NCBI GenBank assembly: GCA_016928815.1
Contig: JAFGJZ010000177.1
Coordinates: 987 to 64,986, forward strand
Reading direction: 5' to 3'
Length of the DNA: 64,000 nt
Source of the DNA: Spirochaetota bacterium
GTDB taxonomy: Bacteria > Spirochaetota > UBA4802 > JAFGJZ01
Below the pieces are notes generated by a model. It was not told the DNA's origin, made no database searches, and saw nothing but the letters and a program-made list of their open reading frames with translations. Position numbers and translations under genes: made by a program. Positions 55,211 to 64,000 of the stretch are shown piece after piece. Position 1 is the stretch's first letter; each line of letters opens with the position of its first letter.

Positions 55211-57027
55211 TGAATGATGCTGTAGAACTCCTTTCTCCGGCCCGTGACTATGAAGCTGCAGTTGCAGCGGTAAACAGCGGAGCTGATGCCGTATACATAG
55301 GTGCTGACAGATTTTCCGCGAGAAAAAATGCATCAAACACGCTCAGTGAAATCGCCAGAGTAATTTCATATGCGCATGTCTATTACTGCAGGGTGTATGT
55401 TGCTCTTAACACCCTGCTGTTTGAAAGCGAACTTGAGCCGGCGAGAAAACTTATTTATGACCTCTATGATGCAGGAGCTGATGCAGTTATTTTTCAGGAT
55501 GCATCAATTCTTGAAATGGATCTTCCTCCGATCAGACTGCATGCCAGTACACAATTCAATAATTACAGTCCGGAGAGAATAAAATTCCTTTCTGACAGCG
55601 GTATTGACCGGATTATTCTGGCCCGTGAGCTTACTCTGGATCAAATCAGGAATATTTCCAGACAGACTGATACCGAACTGGAAGTATTCATACACGGCGC
55701 TCTTTGCGTATCCATGTCCGGCCGTTGCTATATGAGTTATGCAGTCGGTTCAAGAAGTGCAAACCGCGGTGAATGCGCACAGCCCTGCAGAAAAAAATAT
55801 GTTTTATATGATTCTGAAAACAGGAAAATCGGTGAAAAATATTATCTTTCAATGAAAGATCTTGACCGCAGCATGTATATTGAGGAACTGATAGCTGCCG
55901 GCATATCTTCCTTTAAAATTGAAGGAAGACTGAAAGGCGCCGATTACGTTAAAAACGTTACGGCATATTACAGAAAAAAGATTGATTCGGTTCTTGACAA
56001 AACCGGACATGTGAAATCAGGTTCCGGTTATTGTACCTGGTCTTTTACTCCGGATCCCTATAAAACTTTTAACCGGGGATTTACAGATTTCAATTTTCTA
56101 AAAAAAAATACGGAAACTGCTGCCGTGATGACTCCTAAGTCACTGGGAGAATATGCCGGAAAAATCATTTCTGCGGAAAATGATTATCTCAGAGTGGATA
56201 CTAACCTCGAGTTAAGTGCCGGAGACGGAATATGTTTTTTTAATGAATCCGGACTTTCAGGTGCCACAATAAACAGAGTGGAAGGAGACAGACTCTATTT
56301 CAGGACAAATGTGTTTCCGGTGGCAGGTGAATCTTTTTACAGAAATTCAAATATCAGATTTCAGAAAGTGCTTGATTCGGCGGACTCAGCAATACGCAGA
56401 ATAAATACTGCAATTTCCATTAACAATGAATGCATTGCTGTTACGGATTCTGACGGCAACAAAGTAACGGCTGATATTTCAAAAGATGAAATACCTCAGG
56501 TTGAAAACCGTGACAACTATATGAATCTTATTGAAAAAGCATTTAGAAAAACAGGTGATACTGTTTTTAATGTCTCGGAAATTTTCATTTCAGATTCATT
56601 TAATAAGTTTTATAAAATTTCGGAATTAAACGGAATAAGACGTGCTCTAATGCAGAAACTTTATATTGAGAGACTGAAGAATTATCCATTAATGCCTGTT
56701 AAGGTAAAAAAAACCGTACCGTATTATACCAGCAGATTAGACTCTGCAGATAATGTTACAAATACGCTTGCTGAAAATTTTTACAGGAAAAGGAATGTAA
56801 GTCTGATTGAAAGCGGAATTGAAAAATCGGTCTCCGCACCTGCCGGTTATAACCTTATGGAATCAAAATACTGCATTATGAAAGAAACAGGATTGTGTAT
56901 GGGTGAGAATACACCAGAAGGTTATTATATTGAAAATGAAAACGGTGATAAATTCAGTATAGTTACTGACTGTTTAAACTGTACCATGTATATTAAAGGG
57001 AAATGTGAAGATGAAGGAACTGATTAA
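55210..57027 (+). CDS. U32 family protein with DUF3656-like C-terminus (RlhA-like)
   Basis: ELLSPA, GADAVY, HASTQ, LAREL, HGALCVSMSGRC, NRGECAQPCR, FKIEGR. Confidence 0.9.
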   Translation: MNDAVELLSPARDYEAAVAAVNSGADAVYIGADRFSARKNASNTLSEIARVISYAHVYYCRVYVALNTLLFESELEPARKLIYDLYDAGADAVIFQDASILEMDLPPIRLHASTQFNNYSPERIKFLSDSGIDRIILARELTLDQIRNISRQTDTELEVFIHGALCVSMSGRCYMSYAVGSRSANRGECAQPCRKKYVLYDSENRKIGEKYYLSMKDLDRSMYIEELIAAGISSFKIEGRLKGADYVKNVTAYYRKKIDSVLDKTGHVKSGSGYCTWSFTPDPYKTFNRGFTDFNFLKKNTETAAVMTPKSLGEYAGKIISAENDYLRVDTNLELSAGDGICFFNESGLSGATINRVEGDRLYFRTNVFPVAGESFYRNSNIRFQKVLDSADSAIRRINTAISINNECIAVTDSDGNKVTADISKDEIPQVENRDNYMNLIEKAFRKTGDTVFNVSEIFISDSFNKFYKISELNGIRRALMQKLYIERLKNYPLMPVKVKKTVPYYTSRLDSADNVTNTLAENFYRKRNVSLIESGIEKSVSAPAGYNLMESKYCIMKETGLCMGENTPEGYYIENENGDKFSIVTDCLNCTMYIKGKCEDEGTD

Positions 57028-57868
57028 ACTTGGAATAATTGAAGAAATAACGAACAATACCACACTGCAGAAAGGAGAAGTGGTACGGCGTATTTCCGCA
57101 GAAAAGGATCTCCAGGCATGTTTTATGATGTATGATGAAAGCGGTGATCCTGTTGTTGCCAATGTGATTGATATGAAAAATTGCGGATTTGCGGCTGAAG
57201 CAGGAATTCTTAAAATCGGCAATAATGATAAATTTTACAGATTTATAAAAACTTTTTCAAACTGTCCGACATCAGGAAAGGCAAAAGAAATATTGGAAGA
57301 GTGGCCGCTGTATAAAAAAAACAGGGATATGAGGAAATCAATGCTTAATTTCATGATGATGTCCTATGCTCCGATGCAGATTCTTGATTTTAAAAATACT
57401 TCAAACATGAAGTTTTTATTTATTCCGATTCAGCAGAAATTTAGAATCGGCAGCAGCGAGGAAAAAATAAACTGGAATAAGGTCAGAAAAGACAAATTCA
57501 CCGAACAGATTGCCGGACTTAAAGCGGGTGAACATATTACCTACATTGCTTTCATTCCTGCAAATAACAGCCATTCCCCGCTGTTTTACTCAGTAGGAAC
57601 AAAACCTCATGAAACAACACATGCTTCCTTAAGATCTGAAGTCTTTATTTTTGAACCTACGCACGGCGGTCATATTAAAGCGGTTCAGACTGAAAACGGA
57701 AGTCTGAAATATCTGGTAGATGCCGGTTCCAGTTATCTCGGAAGAGGTGCGGCAACTTCTCTCGTCAAGGCTGAGGATGTGGTGAAAGCACTGAAACGAA
57801 TATACCCTGATCTTGTCTTTACCGCGCTTCCCGGACGTGAAGCTTTCGGCACAGGCCAGAGCTATTAA
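57011..57868 (+). CDS. Hypothetical protein
   Basis: About 285-aa ORF overlapping the U32 stop; C-terminal motifs PTHGGHIK, VDAGSSYLG, PGREAFG. Confidence 0.75.
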   Translation: MKELIKLGIIEEITNNTTLQKGEVVRRISAEKDLQACFMMYDESGDPVVANVIDMKNCGFAAEAGILKIGNNDKFYRFIKTFSNCPTSGKAKEILEEWPLYKKNRDMRKSMLNFMMMSYAPMQILDFKNTSNMKFLFIPIQQKFRIGSSEEKINWNKVRKDKFTEQIAGLKAGEHITYIAFIPANNSHSPLFYSVGTKPHETTHASLRSEVFIFEPTHGGHIKAVQTENGSLKYLVDAGSSYLGRGAATSLVKAEDVVKALKRIYPDLVFTALPGREAFGTGQSY

Positions 57869-57870
57869 AA

Positions 57871-58248
57871 TTAATTTCGGTTTTTAAATTCCCATCGTAT
57901 TTTTTTCAGTTCCAGATAATCAATGAAATCGTCTTCATTTCTGAATATCCTAACGAAATAATCGTCTTCACCTTCGAATTCACAGTGGTTTTCCTCGTTA
58001 GGATAATCCCTGCATATTTTAGGTCTGGATTCATAGCTGCTGCATAGTCCGTTTTTAATTTTTGTACAAGGCGTCTGAAACTTGACAAACCAGCAGTTTT
58101 CATGATCTATAAACACTTCAATATTCTCGTGAAGCAGGTACCATCTGATGTGATCGTAATCCTTTTTACAGTCAGGCTTATCTATCTGTATTGCTACATG
58201 TTTGCAGCAGAGTGCATCGCATTTTGAACAGTCAGGACTGCTACTCAT
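57871..58248 (-). CDS. YkgJ-family (CxxCxxCC) cysteine cluster protein
   Basis: CSKCDALCC...PC...CSSYESRPKICRDYP; RBS GGAG. Confidence 0.9.
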   Translation of the reverse strand: MSSSPDCSKCDALCCKHVAIQIDKPDCKKDYDHIRWYLLHENIEVFIDHENCWFVKFQTPCTKIKNGLCSSYESRPKICRDYPNEENHCEFEGEDDYFVRIFRNEDDFIDYLELKKIRWEFKNRN

Positions 58249-58370
58249 AATTTATCTCCGTTGATCCAACATTCCGGTTAACGGAATTTTTAGTCAAACA
58301 AAAGATATGTAAAAAGAAAAAAATCTTGACTCAAAAAACCATATGTTTAATATTACTGGATGAGATCAAT

Positions 58371-59057
58371 ATGCACGAAATAGCTAATTATAATGACATT
58401 GTTCCTGAAGACTTACGTATTAAACTTAATTCGCAGGAAAATAAAGTTAAACTTGAACAGATTACCGGAAATGACGGCAGAATTGAGCAACCGTATATTT
58501 TTGTAGTCGGGCTTGGTGAAAAACATTTTAAGGATTTTGATATTCAGATTCAGAAACTTACTGAAGATTACCCATGGCTGAAGAAAAAACATATACGTTT
58601 TGTAATGAATGAACTGATTATCAATACCCAGTTTTCGATGCTTCGCCAGGTAATTAAAAATGTTCCTGACGGTTTAAAGGTCCCGGCATATTTTTACGTA
58701 CTAATTTATGTAAGCGATTCCTTTTTTTCCGCAAATATTGAAGAATACGGTGATTTCTTTGATTATTACGGATATCTTGAAAACGGATTCTGCGACGGCA
58801 AGCATGTTGATGAAATAATTGAAGATATGTATGATGATTCGAATACTGAAAAAATGAATGATCTTAATTCTCTTTCAGGCGGTAAAATTAAACTGATTTT
58901 AAACCTGAATAATGACCTTATCGTTCCGGATGATTCCAATAAAATCGGACTTAATGTAATAGAAAATGCCACAGATCATGATTTCTACATTACTTCTTTT
59001 TATAAAAACGGTGTTTATCAGTGGAAAAGAATTTCTTTCAGAATTGAAAACAGCTGA
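58371..59057 (+). CDS. Hypothetical protein with degenerate RsbW/HATPase-like motifs
   Basis: NELIIN, IEEYGDFFD, KIGLNVI; ATG 58371 is preceded by TTGACT-N16-TAATAT. Confidence 0.6.
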   Translation: MHEIANYNDIVPEDLRIKLNSQENKVKLEQITGNDGRIEQPYIFVVGLGEKHFKDFDIQIQKLTEDYPWLKKKHIRFVMNELIINTQFSMLRQVIKNVPDGLKVPAYFYVLIYVSDSFFSANIEEYGDFFDYYGYLENGFCDGKHVDEIIEDMYDDSNTEKMNDLNSLSGGKIKLILNLNNDLIVPDDSNKIGLNVIENATDHDFYITSFYKNGVYQWKRISFRIENS

Positions 59058-59059
59058 TT

Positions 59060-59782
59060 TTATTCCAACAAAGCGCCGCATACCCCGTCAATATCATCTT
59101 CAATTTTGAGATTTATCCGGCTGTCATATCCTGTTTTGCCTTTATTGATTATTACAAAAATACAACCTGATTTCTTATACATCGGCAGCGAAGCGACTGG
59201 AAATACTGAAAATGATGTTCCAATGGCAAGCAGAAGATCGCTTTTGGAGACTGCAGCAACTGCTTCGTCCATTCCTTTTACATTTTCTCCGAAAAAAACT
59301 ACATCCGGTTTCAGAACACCGCTGCATTTCCTGCAATGCGGAATTGAATTAAGCGGAAAATACCCATCAGCAGGGGAAAGGTCTTTGCATCGTGTACAGA
59401 TCATTGTATCAAGACTGCCGTGTGCACGGACAATTTTCCTGTTTCCCGCTTTTTCGTGAAGGCCGTCAATATTCTGTGTTATAAGCAGTTCCAGTTTTCC
59501 GTTTTTTTCAAGCTGATAGATGAATTTATGTGCAGTTGTGGGAACAGAATTGATGCAAATTTCAAAAAAGTCCGTCATAACTGAATAAAAATAATCCGGA
59601 TTTGTCCTGAAATAATTTATGTCAAAAATTTTATCGGTATTGATATCTTTCCTGCTGTATAGACCTCCGGGTCCCCTGAAATCAGGTATGCCTGCAGATG
59701 TCGAAATACCGGCTCCGGTTATTACCGTAATTCTATGAGATTTCTCAATATATTTGTGCAGTTGATTTATTGTTTCTTTCAT
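59060..59782 (-). CDS. cobB: NAD-dependent protein deacylase (sirtuin)
   Basis: TGAGISTSAGIPDFRG, TQNIDGLH, HG, CxxC..CxxC, KPDVVFFGE, GTS. Confidence 0.94.
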   Translation of the reverse strand: MKETINQLHKYIEKSHRITVITGAGISTSAGIPDFRGPGGLYSRKDINTDKIFDINYFRTNPDYFYSVMTDFFEICINSVPTTAHKFIYQLEKNGKLELLITQNIDGLHEKAGNRKIVRAHGSLDTMICTRCKDLSPADGYFPLNSIPHCRKCSGVLKPDVVFFGENVKGMDEAVAAVSKSDLLLAIGTSFSVFPVASLPMYKKSGCIFVIINKGKTGYDSRINLKIEDDIDGVCGALLE

Positions 59783-59963
59783 TGCGCCGCCTTTATATAT
59801 AATAAGATCGGTATGGTCACATGTACACTTTATCAGGATCTCCGTTGATTTCCTGATTTATACATGCTGTAAGTCTCCTGTTGAAGCAGATGAATCAAGA
59901 AATTGTTGATTTATGATTGTAATATTTCGATAATAGTATTAAATTAAAATTCAGGTGGAAAAA

Positions 59964-60362
59964 ATGGAAATACCGTTTGAACATAAGGAAAATTCAGATT
60001 TTTCATGGATATTATTATATGACGGTGAATGTTCCTTATGCATCAGATTTGCCGGATTTATTTCGCGGTTTGATAAAAAGCATGAAATTTTTCCAATTCC
60101 TCTGCAGAAATATATTGAAACTGATGACAGCATAACATATGATGATTTAATGAAGGATGTACATCTTCTGGGAGTAAATGGAGAGGTTTTGACAGGTGCT
60201 GCAGCCGTGAATATGATACTGCAGATTGTACCTGCGGCCGGACCATACCGCTGGATGATGAAAACTAAAGCCGGGGAAAAGTTGTCTAAAGCTGCTTATA
60301 TGACTTTAAAAATAATACGGGGCTGCCCGTCCTGCGGCCGGCAGTATAAATTCGGCAGGTGA
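59964..60362 (+). CDS. DCC-family thiol-disulfide oxidoreductase
   Basis: LYDGECSLC motif; additional C-terminal GCPSC. Confidence 0.85.
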   Translation: MEIPFEHKENSDFSWILLYDGECSLCIRFAGFISRFDKKHEIFPIPLQKYIETDDSITYDDLMKDVHLLGVNGEVLTGAAAVNMILQIVPAAGPYRWMMKTKAGEKLSKAAYMTLKIIRGCPSCGRQYKFGR

Positions 60363-60371
60363 AGGTGAATT

Positions 60372-61640
60372 TTGATAAAAAAATATGTAATACTGAAATT
60401 CGGTGATGAAGATTTTTCGGTAGGCAGAATACTATCGCCTGAATTAAAACTGGAAACGGAATACTACAGCAGTTCTTTTTTACCTGAGGCCGGAAATTTT
60501 TATCTTGTAATTTATAATGAGAGAACGGTTTCAAAAGAATCGGATGAAGTTTTCAAAAATATGATTTCAAACCGGATAAAATTTCTGATTGTAGTATCAG
60601 TCATATCATATAAAACTGCTGTTCATCTGTACGGATATACGCCTAATCTGATTTTTATGCCGGCGAATGCATTCTTTATTGAGAAGAAAATTACTGAAAT
60701 AACCGGTGAGTCGCTGCTAAAGAAGAGTCTGCTTAAAAGGATAATTTTTCAGCAATTTGATAATATCAGGCATCTTCAGAAAATATTTGCCGGCCTTTAC
60801 CGGTTTGACCCGCTTTTGAAAAATATTATTCTTAATATAACCGATCATGTGGATGAAGAACAGACGGTAAATGAAAAGCTCATAGCAGATGCGGAAAAAG
60901 CGCTGAAAAACGGTGATTTTCAGATGTATTTTCAGCCTGTTGTTGATATTGCCACCAGTCAGCTGTCAGGTTTTGAAAGTCTGATCAGATGGAATGATCC
61001 GGTAAAAGGTATGATATCCCCGGACGATTTTATTCCGGTACTTGAGACAACAGATTTTATTTTTGAACTTACATACTGGATAATTGAAGAAGTAATAAAG
61101 TTTATTGCCGAACTGAATAAAACTGAATTTTCCGGTAAAAGAATAAATGTTAATATCTGCGCCAAGCATTTCCATCTTGAAAAGCTTGTCGAAACTATTG
61201 AATCATTCAGGGAAAGATACGGTATTGAAGCCCGTCAGCTTGGGGTGGAAATAACGGAAAGCGCATTTATGGAAGATATGAAAATTGCAAACCTGAATCT
61301 GCTGAAATTGAAATCCCTGAACTATCCGCTTTACATGGATGATTTCGGTACAGGTTATTCCTCCCTGTCATATCTTCAGCATTTTCCGGTGGAAATAATT
61401 AAAATTGATAAATCATTTGTAAGATGGATGCATGTAGATGAACAGAGTGAGCTGATTGTTAAATCAATCATCGCACTTGCGCATGGATTGAACATGAAAG
61501 TGGTTGCGGAAGGTGTTGAGGAGGATGAGCATATCGGTCTGCTGAAAGAATACGGCTGTGAATACGGACAGGGCTATTTATTTTCAAAACCCCTGGATAA
61601 AAAAGGAGTGTTGCAGTATATTGATGAATACAGGTCTTGA
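60372..61640 (+). CDS. EAL-domain c-di-GMP phosphodiesterase with uncharacterised N-terminal domain
   Basis: YFQPVV, FESLIRW, NVN, EITES, DDFGTGYSSL, IKIDKSF, AEGVE, GQGY; no GGDEF domain. Confidence 0.9.
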   Translation: MIKKYVILKFGDEDFSVGRILSPELKLETEYYSSSFLPEAGNFYLVIYNERTVSKESDEVFKNMISNRIKFLIVVSVISYKTAVHLYGYTPNLIFMPANAFFIEKKITEITGESLLKKSLLKRIIFQQFDNIRHLQKIFAGLYRFDPLLKNIILNITDHVDEEQTVNEKLIADAEKALKNGDFQMYFQPVVDIATSQLSGFESLIRWNDPVKGMISPDDFIPVLETTDFIFELTYWIIEEVIKFIAELNKTEFSGKRINVNICAKHFHLEKLVETIESFRERYGIEARQLGVEITESAFMEDMKIANLNLLKLKSLNYPLYMDDFGTGYSSLSYLQHFPVEIIKIDKSFVRWMHVDEQSELIVKSIIALAHGLNMKVVAEGVEEDEHIGLLKEYGCEYGQGYLFSKPLDKKGVLQYIDEYRS

Positions 61641-63510
61641 CAATAACGATGTAGTAACGGCGCTTCTTGAGAATGAAGCTTTCGGAATTTATGTAACTGA
61701 CATGGACGGTGAATTACTCGCTTACAATAAAATTGTAAAAAAAATTCTTAATATTTCCGATTCACCGGAGAAGAAAAATATTAATAATTATTACTATTTT
61801 CCAGATGACAGGAATGTAATTCCACACGGAATTTTAAAATCCGGACATATGATTTATGAAACCAGAATGATCAATTCGGCTGAAGAGATTATATGGGTAA
61901 AAATAGCTTTCAAGTCAATCAAGTATAACGGTAGAAATGCAATTCTCGGAATAATTGAAAATATTAATGATAAAAAGGAAATAGAAAACGAACTGATAGA
62001 CCAGCAGAATCAGGAGAAAATAGTCCGCAATGTTACCGTAAATCTGTTAAATACTGATTTTTCTGATATAGAAGAAACAATAAATTCTTCACTAAAAATA
62101 ATCGGGAAATTCTATAATGTAGACTATGTTGCGTTTGCTGTACTTAATATGCTGTCCAACCGGAACAAACCCCAATATTACTGGTCAAGGGATGAGGAAT
62201 CCTTTAACCGTCTTGTTGACAATAATTTTGATGTTGAAATTTCATGGATTAAAAAACTGTTTGCCGAATATGATTCCCTTCTTTACTGCTGCCGTGTATC
62301 AAACAAAATTACCTTAAATGAAAAGAAGATACATAATTTTTTTAAAGACAGGGGAATTGCGTCTTTTGCAGGCTGCGTACTCAAGTCGGCAGGTCAGATT
62401 AATTCCTATTTCGGAATGTGCAATTTTAGCGGACAGATGATAAAGTGCCCTAAAAATCTGGTTAACACATTAAGTATTCTTCTCGAAAATTTTTATAATA
62501 TAATGCAGAAAAAAGAAACCTTTTTTCTTTATAACATATTCAGATATGCAGTTGAGTATTCCAAGGATGCAATTGTATATTTTGATAAGAACAGCAGCAT
62601 GCAGGCCTGTAATGATTTTTTCAGAAAGATATTCAGCATTGAAAAGGTCAGAATATCCGAACTGGAACTCTCTGATATTTTCAGTAATCAGTTTCTGACC
62701 GTCTTCAGGGACCTTCATTTTGAAAAATGCATGAATGGTGAAAATCAGTATCTTGAACAATGGTATGAATTTAATGACGGAATAAAACGTTTTGCCGGTT
62801 TTAATCTGTATCCGTTTAAAAATGACAACGGGAAGGTTGTCGGTGTTGTAATGATTATTCAGGATAAAACTGAAAATTATAAAAATGAAACGGAAATTCT
62901 AACACTCCGTGAAGAGGAAAGACAGAAAATCGGTCTGGAACTTCATGATGACCTTTCTCATGATCTTCTTGAAATAGCTATCGGTGCAAATACAATTGCA
63001 TCAAGGATTAAGGATAAGGACGGCAGCAGTTATGAAAGTCTGAAAATTCTTGAAAAAAAAATAAATCTTACACTTGAAAAAACCCGTTCACTTTCAAAAA
63101 AATTCTGCAGTTTCTATGATTTTGAACAGAATATGTATAATCTGGTTGAAAAAATCGTTGAAAATAATTACAGTTTTAATATCGATTTTACAATCAACTG
63201 CCGCAAGAATCTAAATTTAAAAAATCCGTTTAAGTCTGAAAGTATTTTTTACATTCTGTCTGAAAGTATTGTAAATATAGTTAAACATTCATCTGTAAAA
63301 AAAATATTGATTGATATAGAGGATGTGAATAATATTGTATATGTCAAAATCAAAAGCGACGGAATCACCAAAGAAAATAAAATACAGAGCAAATCCGGAA
63401 TAGGTTTTAAAATAATGAAATGCCGGGCCAGAATAATTGAGGCATCTCTCGATTATCAGATCAGAAAAGACGGTTCAACGGAAATATTTCTGAATTTTCA
63501 GAATAATTAG
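61624..63510 (+). CDS. PAS-GAF-PAS sensor histidine kinase (HisKA_3/NarX-like)
   Basis: Two PAS-like segments; ERQKIGLELHDDLSH; ESIVNIVKHS; GIG...RA; start taken at ATG 61624. Confidence 0.85.
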   Translation: MNTGLDNNDVVTALLENEAFGIYVTDMDGELLAYNKIVKKILNISDSPEKKNINNYYYFPDDRNVIPHGILKSGHMIYETRMINSAEEIIWVKIAFKSIKYNGRNAILGIIENINDKKEIENELIDQQNQEKIVRNVTVNLLNTDFSDIEETINSSLKIIGKFYNVDYVAFAVLNMLSNRNKPQYYWSRDEESFNRLVDNNFDVEISWIKKLFAEYDSLLYCCRVSNKITLNEKKIHNFFKDRGIASFAGCVLKSAGQINSYFGMCNFSGQMIKCPKNLVNTLSILLENFYNIMQKKETFFLYNIFRYAVEYSKDAIVYFDKNSSMQACNDFFRKIFSIEKVRISELELSDIFSNQFLTVFRDLHFEKCMNGENQYLEQWYEFNDGIKRFAGFNLYPFKNDNGKVVGVVMIIQDKTENYKNETEILTLREEERQKIGLELHDDLSHDLLEIAIGANTIASRIKDKDGSSYESLKILEKKINLTLEKTRSLSKKFCSFYDFEQNMYNLVEKIVENNYSFNIDFTINCRKNLNLKNPFKSESIFYILSESIVNIVKHSSVKKILIDIEDVNNIVYVKIKSDGITKENKIQSKSGIGFKIMKCRARIIEASLDYQIRKDGSTEIFLNFQNN

Positions 63511-63521
63511 GCGGAATTTAA

Positions 63522-64000
63522 ATGGCAGTAAAAAAGACAATCTTTGTAGTCGATGATCATCCGATTGTATCCCAGGGGCTTGGATTGATGCTGGAGGATC
63601 ATGCAAAATTCAAAATTTCCGGATCAGCGGTCAGCGCATCGGAAGCTCTGGAGAAAATAAAAATCAAACAGCCTGATATTATGGTTGTTGATATTTCTCT
63701 TCAGGATGGTATAAACGGAATTGAGCTGATAAAAAAAATTTCTGAGCAGTATCCTGCCATTCTTACACTTGTTCTTTCAATGCATGATGAAAATGTTTAT
63801 GCTGAAAGAGCTCTGAAAGCCGGAGCGAAGGGCTACATTAAGAAAAGCGAGTTTACTGATAAGATAATTGATGCGCTTGAATTAATCACAAACAAGGGAA
63901 TTTTCCTGAGCAAGGAAATGACGAATACAATCATGCATCAGATTACCGCAAGTCAGATGAACACTGATAAAATCGGTATTGACAATCTCACAGACCGTGA
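63522..64000 (+). CDS. NarL/FixJ family response regulator, partial (3' end beyond window); absent from the ORF track
   Basis: MAVKKTIFVVDDHPIV...VVDISL...NGIE...LSMHDE...GAKGYIKK...LTDR (start of the LuxR HTH). Confidence 0.92.
   Translation, partial: MAVKKTIFVVDDHPIVSQGLGLMLEDHAKFKISGSAVSASEALEKIKIKQPDIMVVDISLQDGINGIELIKKISEQYPAILTLVLSMHDENVYAERALKAGAKGYIKKSEFTDKIIDALELITNKGIFLSKEMTNTIMHQITASQMNTDKIGIDNLTDR

Noticed and set aside
2563..62760. Many 60-135 aa ORFs nested in or antisense to long genes
   Set aside because: They overlap well-supported CDSs and have no recognisable motifs.

Overview
AT-rich bacterial chromosomal segment, most likely from a spirochaete. The basis is a full-length cytoplasmic filament protein gene (cfpA) with its typical neighbours. 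The window is gene-dense core genome: rel, maf, clpS-clpA-aat, cfpA, a ppdK-like gene, tRNA-Thr/tRNA-Tyr, a TolC/MacAB-type exporter, xerD-spoIID-queA-nif3-Zn ribbon-recJ, ispF, tyrS, an ECF sigma/anti-sigma pair, uvrC, purL/purQ, papain and U32 family genes, a sirtuin and two signalling clusters. I found no CRISPR array, transposase or prophage. Two genes missing from the ORF track run off the window ends (<1..2153 on minus; 63522..>64000 on plus). Strongest candidates for undescribed biology: (1) a cfpA / conserved hypothetical / PPDK-like locus, where the PPDK ATP-grasp catalytic residues are replaced but the phospho-His and PEP domains are intact; (2) a compact, probably sigma28-driven small RNA with two anti-Shine-Dalgarno GCACUCCU motifs; (3) an archaeal-type radical SAM-TRAM-HhH gene coupled to HD and GME-fold genes; (4) several apparent pseudo-enzymes (RNase HI-like, DUF6602-like, RsbW-like). 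All family calls come from motif recognition by eye; no database searches were run.
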